A DNA stretch of 64,000 nucleotides, from NCBI RefSeq assembly GCF_009914755.1, contig NC_060928.1; one strand, written 5' to 3'. Below are positions 40,008 through 55,559 of the stretch, piece by piece. Positions within the stretch are counted from its first letter, which is position 1; the number at the start of each line of letters is the position of its first letter. A program made the translations under genes and the position numbers. Below the pieces are notes generated by a model, which did not search any database, was not told where the DNA came from, and saw only the letters and a list, made by a program, of their open reading frames with translations. The DNA comes from the human T2T-CHM13v2.0 reference genome, Homo sapiens.

Positions 40008-41956
40008 CTTTAAACTATCACACATCTTCCCAACAAATGGATATGAAAAGGTTTTAACAATTGTGAAAGATGTGAAAGATTTTCATCTAAAAAGTGATTC
40101 CTCATATTCCAAAAATACATGCAATGAGGGTGAGGGTACAAATGGAAAATTGGCAGATTGAGATTACATTTTTGAAGAACACCTTCATATGCTACAATAT
40201 TTTTGTGAACTGAAAAAAGTGTCTTCCTCAAGTAAAAATATTGTTACTATATTAGTAACTTCTTAATAACAATATTATAACATTCTGTATAAACTATACA
40301 AGTCAAATTATTTAACATAAAATAATAAAAACAAATTTTAACTATAAGGACTAGAAACAAGTCTAAAATGTATATTTTTATTATAAAATACACCATGGGC
40401 TTTCATAAAAACTCCTTTGTAGCAGTTTCAATGCTTTTCTAATCCAATACTCATTTTCTGTATAAAATGGTTGCTATACTTGATAGTATTTATATTACAG
40501 ATTTTTTGTTTATTTAATAAATTTTAATTTTGAGAATCTATGTTTTCATAAATGTTCTATGTTTTTATATACATGTTTTATATATATGTTTTCATATATA
40601 TAGGTTCTAATAACTGATTTGGAGGAAGTTAAATATATACTAAGAGCTAAAAGTGTATTCAAAAATAAGTCTAATAAATTACTGCTGCAAATACTTTGCA
40701 ATACCTTAGGAGAATAATAACAGATTCTAGAATAAAAAAAACTAAGGTTTTATATACTTATCAGTAACTTTCATTTGTAAGTTTTACAAAGTAGCAATAT
40801 TTTAATTTAAATATAATTCTTCAAATTTTATGTCATCCAGAATCTTGCTGTTAAAAGTGCAATTTGTGAACCACTAGCATCAGCATCATCTCTGAGTCTG
40901 TTAGAAACAGTTACAGATTCTACCACAGCTATACTGAATTAGAATCTGCACTTTAACAACAACTGTCAGTAATACTTATGAACATTAAACTTTGAGAAGT
41001 ACTTACCTATAATGCTGGAAAGAAAATGACAAATTTGCATGATAATAAAATAATATTTAAAAAATTGTATCATAACATCCAATACAGAAAAGAATGCTTT
41101 GATTTTGAAATGCAGATGAATTGATCATAAGACTGATTTTTCCCCCTTACTCTGGTATTTTCTACACTATGAAAGGATAACAATGTCAGTTTGATTAGCA
41201 TCAGTAATATACTTTTGCCTACATTGTTCAAAGAACTTCTTAATTTCTTTATGTTTTGCAGGGCTATATGAATACTAAACTTTGTTTCTGACATAATTAT
41301 GCTTAAAACAGTGTCAAATTATAACTTAGAAAATAATTTTTAAAGTGGACATTTTTATAATCTGTGGCTAGTATCCTAAAACTTGTTATTTATCATTGTG
41401 ATTAATAATTTCTAAAGGATTTTCTCATACTACTTCTGTTACTAGTGGCACAATAGGATTTTATTGTTTATATGATAAAGGCTTCAAATTTATGTTTAAT
41501 AACTGTGTTTCCATCATTCTCTAGATTTTCCATTGAGGCTGAAAAGTGGTTCCTAGCTAGTATTTTTAAAATTAGTGTTATACAACAAAAATGCTACTAA
41601 ATCATTTACTAACAAATTTGAAGAAAGAATGGAATAAAGAATATAGATAGCCCTAGATTTTTTGCAAGAATTTTCTCTTGCAAGTCATTATATTTTCCAC
41701 TTATTTTGTGCATCATGTATACTCATTTGTGTATTATTTTGCCTGGATTTCACATTTGTTAGTAGCATACTAAAATTGTATACTGTGTGATATGCTCTTC
41801 CCAAAATATTTATGTGTAGAAATATTTGTATTATGGAAATTCACAAATCTTAAAATAACCATTACTTCTTTTATATTACTTACATTGGGAAATTTGTTTA
41901 AAGTAATAATTTCATAGTTCACTGACTCTAAGGCACCATTGATCATAAGATGTAAC
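40008..41956 (-). pseudogene. Three exon-like segments: 41956-41884, 41274-41151, 40209-40008
   Basis: Acceptors tttctttcctgttag, gtttag, cttttttcag; donors gtaagt, gtaagg, gtaaca; phases 2-0, 0-1, 1-2. Confidence 0.5.
40845..41003. mobile_element. MER5-type hAT remnant
   Basis: 'agcatcagcatca...tactgaattagaatctgcactttaaca...aactttgagaagtact'. Confidence 0.75.
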
Positions 41957-42189
41957 CTAACAGGAAAGAAATAAGCTGCCAATAAAAATATGCCAAATGC
42001 TTTTTATAAAAATCATTGTTTGTAAGTTGCATTCGAAATTCAGAAGTGTGAAAATATAACACTTCATTAATATATTTAAATTAATAAAATATAACTTAGT
42101 ATGTCTTACATTGAAAATTATTTTCCATAAGAAAAATAAGAGGCCTAAAAATGGAAACACTCAATATTTTTATTTATTAAAAGTGTGAA

Positions 42190-45100
42190 TATTGACTTCT
42201 GGTTCCATCTCTGACAAGAAATCAGCTTGGAAGTCATCATTCCCAAATTTATAAAAAGACAATAGCTTAAAAATTGAAGATCAGCGACTTCCTGGATCCC
42301 ATCAGAGAAGTGAATGTGCAAGGCAAACCACCATCCCAAAAATCTGGAGAGGCAGGCAAATATATAGAAACACAGATGAGATCAGATTAGCTACAGCAGA
42401 AATCACTGGACCCACACACTGATGGGAAAACTTAAATAGTAATTTGATGAATTATTGGAAACCCTGCAGGCTGTAGTCTTGGAAAAGAGCACAATTGCTT
42501 GGGTTTTATCTCCACCAGGTTATTACAGTGAGAATCTGAAAAAAAAATCACTTTTTATCTTTGGCAGAGTGTGGGGAAGTATCTAGCTTGAAATATTCTC
42601 AGTGTGTTGTTTGTAACATAGGGCTACCCTCAGGTAAAACAAACAAACAAATAAACAACAAAAACAATGACAAAAGGGGACGCAAAAACAAGGACACTAG
42701 AGGAAATTGAAAGCTCTGTAGCCATGAGTTACACCAAGCCTTATCATATTCAAACTGCAGAACACAGAAGACCAAGGAAAAAACCTAGAAAGGAGCCAGA
42801 GGATACAAAAATCCCCTTACACATCTTACACATCCAGGGGAAAAAAGGTAATAATTCCAGTGAATATTTTGTTAAAAAAAAAAAACATGCAAGGAAGAAA
42901 AGTGTGGACTGGAATTTTCAGTGTGTTGAAAAAAAAAGACAAAGCAAAACAAAAAACTCTCACCCACCTATATCCTATATCCGGGGGAATTATCATACAT
43001 AATAAAAGAGAAATACAAAGACTTTCTTAGACAAACAGAAACAGAGAATTCATTAACGGCAGAACTGCTATGTAAAAAAATATTAAAAGATGTTCTTCTG
43101 AGAGAAAGAAATGATAGAAGTCAGAAACTCAGATCTATGTAAAGCAAGAAAAAATCAGAGAAGGAATTTTAATGTAAAATGAAATCTTTTTATAAATTCT
43201 CAATCTAATAGATAAATGTTTGTTAAAGTAATAAGAAAAAGAGTGTATTGTGTGATTATAGCATATGGGCAAGTAAAATGGATTACAGTAATTTTTAAGA
43301 AATAGAAGACATATATTTAAAATACTGTTACAAGGTTCTAACACTAGACACATATTGTAGCTTCATATTTTGTCCTCCTTCAATTATAATTTGCTTAAAA
43401 TTTTTCTTTTATCTCTGAGTTGCATTTTGAGTGAGTTCTTCAGATATGTCTTTTAATAAATATTATTTATTAGAAGTGTTATTTGAAAAGAGACAGATTT
43501 TTCAAAATTTATGCTGCAAACCCTATGGAAATCACTAAAAAAATGTAAAGGAAGTATAACTGGTGTATTAAGAGAGAAAAGAAAATGGAATTATATAAAC
43601 TGCATAATTAAAATCAGAGAAGGCAGAAAAGAGGGGAAGAAAAAGTGAAAAACAAGTTCAACAAATAAAAAAAGTTATAACCATGTCAGATATTAATCCA
43701 ACTATATGAATAATCACTTTCAATGTGAATAATCTAAATACACCAATTAAAATCAGTGAGAGTGGATAGAAAACAGACCCCATTATATGATAGCTTCAAA
43801 AAAACTCACTTTAAATATAAGGACATATATAAGTTAAAAGTAAACGGATTAAGAAAAATATATCATGAAGGACACTAACTGAAGAAAAGCTGAAATAGCT
43901 ATGTTATTCTCAGACAAAGTAAACTTCAGAATGAGGAATAATGTCAGAGATAGAGAGGGGCACTATGTAATGAAAAAGCAATTCATATTATTCAATTATT
44001 CATATTCAATCCATATTCAATTATTTAAGAATACAACAATCTTTAACATGGATGCACCTAGCAACAGAGCATCAAGATACATGAAACAAAAACTAATAAA
44101 ACTGCAAAAAGAAATAGACACATTCACTATTATAGCTGGAAACTTGAACACTCTTTTTTCAGTAATGGATATATGAAGCAGGCAGAAAAATCAGTAAGGA
44201 TATAGTTAAACATAACAGCAATATTAATTGACTGGATTTAATTGACATTCATAGAATATTTCATCCAACAACAGCAGAATACACATTCTTCTTGAGCTCA
44301 CATTCACCAAGATAAACCATATTTTAGGTCATAAAACACATTTTAACAAATTTGTAAGGATAGAAATGATTCCAAGTATATTCTCAGACCACAATGGAAT
44401 TAAACTGGAAATCAGTAAAGGGAAAATACTTAAAAATCCCCAAATATTTGGAAATTAAAAAACACACTTCAAGATAACACATGGGTCAAAGAAGAAATTG
44501 CAACTTAAAATTTAAAAATGATCTATTTTTTAACCAAATGAAATTTAAAATACAACTTATGAAAATACCTGTAATGCACTGAAAGTTGTGTTTAAAGAAA
44601 AATATACAGCATTAAATGAATACATTAGAAAAGAAATAAGATCTGAAAATAATAAGCATCTATGCTTATTCCTTAATAAACTAGAGAAAAAGACCATTAC
44701 AAGTCTAAAGGAAAAAAGAAAAGGAAAAATATCAGAGCAGGCATCAATGAAATTGAAAACAGAAAAACAATAGAGAAAATTAGCAAAATCAAAATCTGGT
44801 TCTCTAAAAAACCAATAAAATTTATAAACATCTAGCTAGGTTAGCTAAAAAAGAAAGAAAACATGAATTACTATGATCAGATATGGAAAAAAGAATCATC
44901 ACTACTGATTTCATAAATATTAAAAGAATAATAAAAGAAAATTATGAGCAACTCTAGGCTTCTACATTTGATAACTTGGATAAAATAGATCAATCTTTGA
45001 ATGACAGAAACTACCAAAACTCACATAAGGAAAAACAGGTAATTTGAAGAAGCCTATATTACTAATGAGATTGAATTAATAAAAATCTTCACAAATAGAA

Positions 45101-46750
45101 AGTCTTAAGTTCAAATGCCTTAGTGGTGAAATCTACCAAATATTTAAGGAAGAAATAATGCTAAATCTTTACTGATTCTTTCAGGAATTAAAAGCAGAGG
45201 GTAACACTTCACAACTAATTCTATGAAGCCAGTACTATTCTAATACCAAATCCAGATAAATGCATTATAAAAAAGAGATCTAAAGATTAATATCTCTTAT
45301 GAACATAGTTCAAAAATTCTCAACAAAATATTAGAAAATTAAATCTTATATATATAAAAATAATTATACACTGGTATCAAGTGGGATTTATTCTAGGTGT
45401 GCAAGCCTTGCTTAACATTTATAAATTAATTAATTCAATCTCACATCAAAATGCTAAAGAAGAAAAATCATATGATTGCATTAATTGATGCAGACAAAAT
45501 ATTTAATGAAATCCAGGAGCCATATATACATAGAAATTCTCAGTAAACTAGAAGAAGAGAAATTTCTTCATTGATTAAAAAAAATCTAGAAAAAAAACTA
45601 ACATCACACTTAAAGGTGAGAAAATGCATGCTTTCCCACTAAGATCAGGAACAAGGCCAAAATATCACTTCTCTCAATTCCTATTCATTACTCTACTAGA
45701 AGCCCTAGCTAGTGTAACAAAATAGGAAAAGGAAGTAAAACATGAGAGTATTGAAAATTAAGAAATAAAGTTATTCTTTGTTCTCAGATAAAATAGTGAT
45801 CTATGCAGAAAAACTAAAAGGATTGACCAAAAGTTAAAAAAGAAAAATGAAAAAAACTGGAAATATTATTCGAATTATTCAAATTATATGACATTCTGAA
45901 AAAGACAAAACCGTACAGAGAGTGAAAATCTCCCTGGTTTTCAAGGGTTTGGGGGAGTACAGGAGAGTTAAGTAGGTGACATACAAGAGAATTTTATGGT
46001 GGTCAGACTATACTGTCTGCTACATAATGGTAGATGCACAACATTACATTTCAGTCAAAAGCCATACAGCTTCACAGTACAAAGAGTAAGTCAATGTATG
46101 CAATTTTTTTTAAGAAGCCATTTAGGAAGTAAAGGGGTCTCATTAAGAAATGTATAGTGTGACAAGATAATTTAGCCATATTACAAATTTATAAAACAAC
46201 TACACTGAAGTGGGTGGAAAGAGAGAAAGTACAAACATAACTAACTTTACATGAGTCAAGTATATAAGACTAAAGGTAAAGAAGAACTGGATATAAGCAC
46301 TGTACTCTAATTGATAAGGTTGTTTCCCACAGGGGTATGGGTTAAAAATTCTGATTACTCCTATGCATGTATATGAGGGTATAACAATTAAGTAACTGGA
46401 TGGTGCATGGTTGATATCGGGAGCCAGGTTTCTCACTGGTGGAGTGGGAAATAACAGATAAACATGGAGAGGAGGCTAGAATGATCCATGTGGCATTGGA
46501 TTAGAATTGGAGACATCAAAATGAATACGTATTTAGCTTAACACAGATGCAGATGCTTACATAAAAAATACTTATGGATAGGTATATTTGCATGCACTTT
46601 CTCTGTCAGTGGAGAAAGCTTCCAAGTCATGAGACCTCAGTAGAAACAGGCACACTTAGTGCCAACACCTTGATTTTTATTACAATTCTTCTGTAAAAGA
46701 AACTAGAGCTTCTTTGGAAACATATGTAATTCTAAGATGGGGAGAGAAAA
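42190..46750 (+). mobile_element. Old L1 (L1MC-like): 5' region, ORF1 remnant, ORF2 EN/RT remnant, jump to 3' UTR
   Basis: Degenerate ORF2 peptides (e.g. APSNRASRYMKQKLIKLQKEIDTFTIIAGNLNT), many stops. Confidence 0.9.
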
Positions 46751-46754
46751 TCAT

Positions 46755-48870
46755 AATCTTATATATAGAGAAAACTAATGACTCCATGAAAAGAACTCAT
46801 AGAACTAATGAACAAATTCAGTAAAGTTGCAGGATACAAAATCAACATACAAAAATCAATATTTCTATATGCTAACAGTGATCAATCTGAAAAAGAAATC
46901 AAGAAGACAATTGCATTTACAATAGTTACCTAAGTAAATAAATAATAAAACGCCTAGATATTTAACCAAAAAAGTAAAACATTTATACAAGAAACACTAT
47001 AAATTACCAATGAAAGAAATTGAAGTGGATATGAAAAAATGAAAAGATATTCCATGTTCATGAATTAGAAGAATTAATATTGTTAAAATATCTATACTAC
47101 TCAAAGCTATCTACAGATCCAATGGAATCCCTATCAGATATCAATGACATTCTTCACAGAAGTAGAAAAAACAATACTAAAATTTGTATGGAACCGCAAA
47201 AGACCCCAAATAGCTAAAGCAATTCTGAGCAAAAGGAACAACACTGGAGGCATCATACTATATGATTTCAAATTATACTATAAACCTACAGTAATCAAAA
47301 CAGCATGATGCTGGCATAAAAGCAGATGTATAGACCAATGGAAAATAATAAAGAACCCAGACATAAATTCATGTACTTATAGCCAACTTATTTTTTAAAA
47401 AGGTGCCAAAAAGATAGATGGGGAAGGACAGTCTGTTTAATAAAAGGTCCTGGGAAATTTGATATCTATATGCAGAAGTATAAAACTAGATCACAATCTT
47501 TCACCATATACAAAAGTCAACCCAAAATGAACTAAAGGCTTAAATGTAAGACCTGAAACTATGAAAGTACCAAAAGAAAACAATGGAGAAATGCTACATG
47601 ATAGTGCTCTGGACAAAGATTTTTTAAGTAAGACCTCAAAAACATAGGTAACAAAAGCAAAAATGGACAAATGGAATGAATGATATCAATCTAAAAAGCT
47701 TCTGTACAGCAACACAAACAATAAAGCAAAGAGACAATCTACAGAATGGGGTGAAATATCTGGAAACTATCCATCCAACAAGGAATTAATAATCAGAATA
47801 TAATAGGGAACTCAAAAACTTATTAGCAAAAAAAAAAAAAATCCAATTTTTAAAAATGGCCAAAAGACCCAAATAGACATTTTTCTAAAGAAGACATACA
47901 AATATGGCCAACAGGTGTATGAAAAAATGCTCAACATCGCTAATTATCAGGAAATGCAAACCAAAACCACAAGACATCATTTCCTCCCAGTTAGAATGGC
48001 TATTATCTTAAAAATATTAAAATACTGGTGAGGATGTAGAAAAGGGAAAATGCTCACACACACAGTTGGTGGGCATGTAAAGTAGTACAGCCATTATGGA
48101 AAACAGCTTGAGTTTCCTGAAAAAAAAAAACTAAAAATGGAACTACCATATGATCTGGCAATCCCACTCCTGGGTATGTATCCAAAAGAAAGGAAATCAC
48201 TATAACTGCACTCCCGTGTGTCTTGCAGTACTATTTACAATAGCCAAGACACAGAATTAACCTAAGTGTACATCAACAGATGAATGAATAAAGACAATAT
48301 GGTGTATATAAGTAATGGAAAATTATTCAGCCAAAATAAGAAGGATATCTGTCATTTGTAGCAACATGGATGGAACAGGAGATCATTATGTTAGATGAAA
48401 TAAGCCAAGAACAGAAAGACAAATATCACATATCCTCCCTCATATGTGGGAAGTAAAAATGCAGATAGCATAGAGGTAGAGCATAGAAGTTACCAGTGGC
48501 TGAGAAGGAAGGAGGGCAAGGGATAAAGAAACGTTTGTTAAGGGGTATACAGATACAGTTAGAAGAAATAAGTTTTACTATTCTTCTATATATATATAAT
48601 TTCTATATATATATTCTATATATATATAATTTCTATATATATATTCTATATATATAATTTCTATATATATATTCTATATATATATAATTTCCCTATGTAT
48701 AGTGGGGAAATTATAGTTAACAATAATTTATTGCAAATTTCAATGTTTGAGGTGATGGATATCCCAATTACTCTAATTTGATCATTACACATTATGTACA
48801 GGTATGCAAACATCACATGTACCCCCAAAATATGTACTATTATACATCAGTTTTTAAAAAGTAAAAAAGA
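46755..48870 (+). mobile_element. Younger L1 (L1MA/PB-like) ORF2 3' part and 3' UTR nested in the older L1
   Basis: 'aaattcagtaaagttgcaggatacaaaatcaacatacaaaaatca' through 3' UTR and A-rich tail; complex (TA) repeat 48580-48690. Confidence 0.9.
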
Positions 48871-49103
48871 GAAAATATATAAAGAAACCTAATACATGAC
48901 ACTTGATATTGGCAGTGGAAATGAATTAGAGGAAACTATTGATACTAAGTAATGGCACTGAGATATTTGGTTTTCCATATGAAAAATATATGATATATAA
49001 ATAAAATATACATACTATTAAAAAAAGAAAACCTACAAGATAGTGCTGCAGCATCTTATAGTGCCAGAAAGTAAGGAGGTACTCCAATAAAAGAAGAGAA
49101 AAT

Positions 49104-49156
49104 GAAGGAAGGAAGGAGGAAGGAAGGAAGGAAGGAAGGAAGGAAGGAAGGAAGGA
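49104..49156. repeat. (GGAA)n microsatellite
   Basis: Direct reading. Confidence 0.95.
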
Positions 49157-50163
49157 GAAACAGTCATAAAACTTAATTAATTTTCATATTCTGCTTTGGA
49201 TAATGAAAGAAGAGAGTCTCAGAAAATAACAAATGTCTTTCTTGCAAAATATCTCTTTTAGAGTTCAGAATTACAATAATATTATGCATCAGGAAAAAAA
49301 TAGCCTTGCTCATAGATTTCTCAGTTACTTGTGTTGCATATTTCTAGAAACCAGACAGGTCAAGTTTGTTGTTACTCCTTTCTGTCCTGCTGAATCAGCA
49401 CAGAAAAGCTAGTACTGGAAACAGAATACTGTACTGCTCTCATAGTTGGGATATGGAGATTTTGATGCTTACTCCTTCTCACCATTCCCTTGTCAATCTC
49501 ATTAGAAGTAGGTCAATATCTCTATTTTTCTTACAGCCTAGTACACGAGTTAGATGCTAGACATATACATTTTTGGTTATTGGCTAGCTTCATTAATATG
49601 CTAATACAGTAATAGTTATAAAGCCTTAGCATGATTCTTCAACCACACAGAAATGTAAATTACATGACTGCAATAATCAGGTAGCTAGGTAAAGCAAGTC
49701 GACTTCAAATTGTATTGTCGAGTATTTTATACAAAGAAAACCAATATGCATTGTTTGAAGTTGAAAGACACAATGTTTAATACAATAAAACAAACATTTG
49801 TTATTAGGAATCTAAAAGCACAACTAAGAGATAGTTATAATGATTTGGATTTCATAATTTATGCAAGCTCAAAACTCTGCATCCCTGCACTGCACATAAA
49901 AGCATCTGCATGTCATGTGTAATTCCTTCCACTGGCTACACCACACCATCGCTGCTCATGTGATGTTGTCCTTTGGTTGAAAATAAAAGTACTTCTAGAT
50001 AGATTAGAAATGTTCCTTAAACTAAAATGAACAGTGCTGAAGCCTAAGGCTAGAGTCTACTGATGCTACTCATTCACAAAGGAAATAGAATTTCAGGAGG
50101 CTCATTTCTGATTAGGTCATACTAAATATAAAGCAATCTCAATGTAAAATATAATAGGTTTAC

Positions 50164-51482
<1,319 letters not shown>

Positions 51483-51809
51483 CTAGAAACAGACAGGTGA
51501 GCAAAAGAACAGAAAAAGACAAAATATTACAGTATTTTCTCATTTTTGAATGTCCATTGCATTCCTACCGTTGTATTATGGGCAGCTTCTAAGGAATACA
51601 ATTCACTCCATTCTTTGCATTCTAAACATCTATAGCCCCATTACAACTGGTTATCTTGCAAGAAGAAGAATTTAATCCCAGGAATTTCTCACTTATGTCA
51701 ATGTAAAGTGGTATTAACTATAGTGTTCATAAATTCTATCTGTAAACATAAATAATCACAAAAACATTGAAGGGAAAATTAATCATACAGGAAATCATAC
51801 ATGATAGTG

Positions 51810-52050
51810 AGGACTATGAGATGATGGGGCAGTGGGAGAAGGGATGAGCTGGAACTTATTTTTAGTCTTTTTCCACAATCACCAATGTAGAATTTGGGAA
51901 AGTATTAACTCTCTCTAAATCTCAGCAATTTCCACTCTATAAAATGGAGATTATAATACCAATTACACAAAATTGTCATGAAAACAAAATGAGATACTGT
52001 AAATGAAATGTTAAATCAATTGTAATGTGAGAAAAAATATGACATTATTA
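51810..52050 (+). mobile_element. MIR
   Basis: 'ttaactctctctaaatctcag...ctataaaatggagattataatacc...aaatgagatactgtaaatgaaa'. Confidence 0.75.
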
Positions 52051-52237
52051 TTAAAATATCAGCTTGTGTCCTTTTGTTCTTTTCAAGATTTGTGAATAGC
52101 AATATAAAACAATGATGTTAGCTGTTGGCACAATATCTAGTCTAACATAGTTCAGTTAATTTTGAAATATATTTATATCAAAATTATCCGTGAAAAAGCC
52201 ATTGTGTATGTAATCAACAGCTCATTGACACGTAGTA

Positions 52238-52642
52238 TGTATTTTTACTCAGCATTTGCTATATTATGTTATGATAAATAAAAATCTTTAAGCCTCGGGG
52301 ACTAACCACATAAGGGTTTATTTCTCATTCATGTGATATGTTTATTGGCTGCGAGGTATCTGTGGCTCTGCCCCATGTTTTTTCTTTATTCCCAACTCCA
52401 GGCAGAAAGAGTAGCCAGTTCTCCAGGAAGTGGAACAAGAGCAGCAGCAACATTATGTAACAGCTCTGAAACCTGCTCAGATACGGAGTCCATTCTGCTC
52501 ACCAGACCATTTGCTAAAGCAAGTCACACGGCCAACACATGTCATTTGGGTGGGAAGAATATTACCCCCAGAGGGAAGGACAGCAGGGAGGGGTCCCTGT
52601 GGGCATTATATATTTTAAACAAACAATGCCGTCTAGTATACA
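52238..52642 (-). mobile_element. Old ERVL/MaLR LTR (LTR33-like)
   Basis: 'gggtttatttctcattcatg','ccatttgctaaagcaagtcacacggcca'. Confidence 0.55.
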
Positions 52643-53959
52643 ATAGATATACCACAAATAGACACAATTATGCCCAAGACAAGGTTTTACCAATTTCCTA
52701 CATACTAATTTTTATAAATGGCCTGAAAAAAAATAGTGGGAAGCCTATAAGTCAATATTCAAGCCACATGGTTTAAAATGCTATGAATAGTTTCTCTTAA
52801 TTTTGCAGATTTTAATATTGGTGGCCACCAGAGTGGGCATTCAAAATCAAAGGAAAGATAGATGGACTTTTAATAATTTCAACAGGAAAGAAGGTGGAGA
52901 AAATTTTACCAAACAACAAAAGAAACAGAGGAGGAGTCTAAAGGACAATTCTTTCATTGGAAATGTGAAATTGTACTCCACAAAATCTCTTAATGGTTTC
53001 CTTCTAGAAGTAGGTTACTTCTGGCTTGGGTGCCTCCCTTTGGATGGATCTTTTGACCAGGGTTAGATAAACTCTAATGCGGCTACACTTAAGAACTTAG
53101 GTGGTGACAAGTCTCATCTCTTTCTCTCTTTACGCATTCTCTGGTTTCTCCTATTTCCCTCCTTTCTCTCATTTTCCTTATTTCCTTTCCTCCAACAAAG
53201 CTTTTGGTCTACAAGGCTGACAACTATGCCAGGGAGGTTTTGACCATCTTTTAATAATCTTTTTATAAATATTGTTTGCCTAAATACACGTTAAATTATG
53301 GACAAATGCAAATTTTGCTATAGTTTAAAATTAGGAAGCCCCGGCTGAGTCTGAGATCTTTTGCTATACAAAATTTCTGTTATAGCCATTGTTCTTGAAT
53401 TTGGCCTCTCATGTTGCATTCCAAAATAAGCCAAATTTGAAAAACCTTGACACTCAAACGTATAAATAACACTGTCTCTTTAACACCTCCAGGAAACAAT
53501 TATAAAAATATTTCCATGGTGATTACAATCAAGTGATTTTGATACAGCCCCACATAAAGTTTTGTTTCATGAAAAAAAGAGTGAGGCCCACAGAGATGTG
53601 CTGCAAACTTATTTGTATTTTATATTTAAAACATATATATTTATATATTTAATGTACATAAAAAGTTACGTTTTCACATATACATGTCAATTATCTATTA
53701 AAATATATTTGTATTTTGGTTTAATATTATTTTAATATCATCTCTTTGTCAAACTTGTTTGCATTTTTCCCAGTGTCTCTGTATCAGAAAAAAATACGAG
53801 TTATAGATAATATAATTTCTATTTGGACTCTTATAATCTCTTTCAAATCTTCAGGAAAATGCCAGGCTGAAATCTCTGATTAATTAGAGAACAAAGTGTC
53901 TCAATGGAAAATACCAAAACATAGATAGGAGGAATAATTCACGAAAAATTAGGTTTTAC

Positions 53960-54316
53960 TTTGGCAGAAGAATATATCCTCCTCTAAACCTCTTAATGCA
54001 CATTTTGTTGTCCTTTAGCACAAATTGTAAATGGAATTAGTATGATGATGATGCATTTACACAATATTTTAAGTACACTCTGTGTTAGGGACTCTATGTA
54101 CTGTCCAGGCAACAGACCCAAGTATTAAAAGCATATAGCAAACATATGCTGGTCATAAATATATAATGGTGGTTTCACATAAGTAATGCATATGTGAGCC
54201 AAGCAGATAAAATGACTAGGAATATGTACCGTCTAGGCACTTCAGTGATTTTGCCCTTCACTTCTCTATTGGTTGTCAAAATGTTCATGTAATTTCCCAT
54301 TTGATTTAGAAATGTA
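53960..54316 (-). pseudogene. Two exon-like segments: 54316-54230 and 54012-53960
   Basis: Join in frame as TFLNQMGNYMNILTTNREVKGKITEVPRR-TTKCALRGLEEDIFFCQ; splice signals are weak. Confidence 0.3.
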
Positions 54317-54634
54317 CTAATATTTAGACTTTTTTATAAACATTTTTTATTAGAAAAGGATTCATTCTATAAAATGTGGACAAAAACCTGCAATTTCACT
54401 CTGTGCGAGGTTTTCTTAAATAAAAATAATAATCCATCCTTTCACAAAAATAAACCAAAGAAATTCCCTAAAATGTAAATTTATTTAAAAGAAACAAAGT
54501 ATACTGCAATTAGAAAACCAATATCCTTTACAATATGTGAAAGTCTTACTTAATTATATCTTCCAAGAACTTTATTTTGATGTCAAGCTCTACTTTATAG
54601 CATTAAATGCTATTGGAATACTATCTTATTTTTA

Positions 54635-55001
54635 ATTTTTTTTTTAGCGTAAGCATTTTTTTATTTTTTTATTTAACTTTTAAGTTTGGGGGTACATATG
54701 CATATTTGTAATACAGGTAGACTTGTGTCATAGGGGTTTGTGGTACAGATTATTTCATCAGCCAGTTATTAAGGGTAGTACCCATTAGTAATGTTTTCTG
54801 ATCCTCTCCCTCCTCCCACCCTCCACCCTCCAAAAGGCCCCAATGTGTGTTGTTCCCCTCTGTCTCCATGTTTTCTCCTCATTTAGCTCCCAGTTATAAG
54901 TGAGAACATGTGGTATTTGGTTTTCTGTTCCTGTGTTAGTTTGCTAAGGATAATAGCCTCCAGCTCCATCAATGTCCCTACAAAGAAAATGATCTCATTG
55001 T
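54635..55001 (-). mobile_element. 5'-truncated L1PA (old PA subfamily) 3' end
   Basis: L1PA 3' UTR motifs; long TSD ttggaatactatcttatttt at 54613 and 55002. Confidence 0.92.
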
Positions 55002-55559
55002 TTGGAATACTATCTTATTTTTAAATGGTCATACTAACATTTTTTGAAATAAACAAAAATAATCTTCTATTTATTTATTTAACTTTTGTTATTTTTTGAA
55101 ATTCTGAAAATTTTTACCTTTTCAAGTCTACTAAAAGACTTGAAACAGAAGAATTAGAATAAAAGAGATTTGTTTTAGAATATTTGAGCACTTTCAATGG
55201 AACTCTGTTGACGTGTAGCTGAAAATATAAATACATCATTTGTACATCTAAGAATCAGAAGAGCATTCAAAATATTAACTCAGTAACTGTTTGGTAAGTT
55301 TAATAATCATTTCTAAACACACATGAAAATGAATTAGGACTATATATACACATCCTATATATAAGTATTATATGTGTGTATTATATATGTATGTATAATA
55401 TATATGAATAAATAACATTCAAATAGAAACCAAAATATTGCTCTGACAAAATGTATGAAAAAACTACTATCCTACTGTTTACTTTGGGAATATATGGATA
55501 ATAATTTTTTAGATTCATTTAGGAGAATATTGTTCCCTCATAATTTTCCAATTGAATTA

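Noticed and set aside
43901-44773. ORFs with endonuclease-like peptides
   Set aside because: Fragments of degenerate L1 ORF2; no intact ORF.
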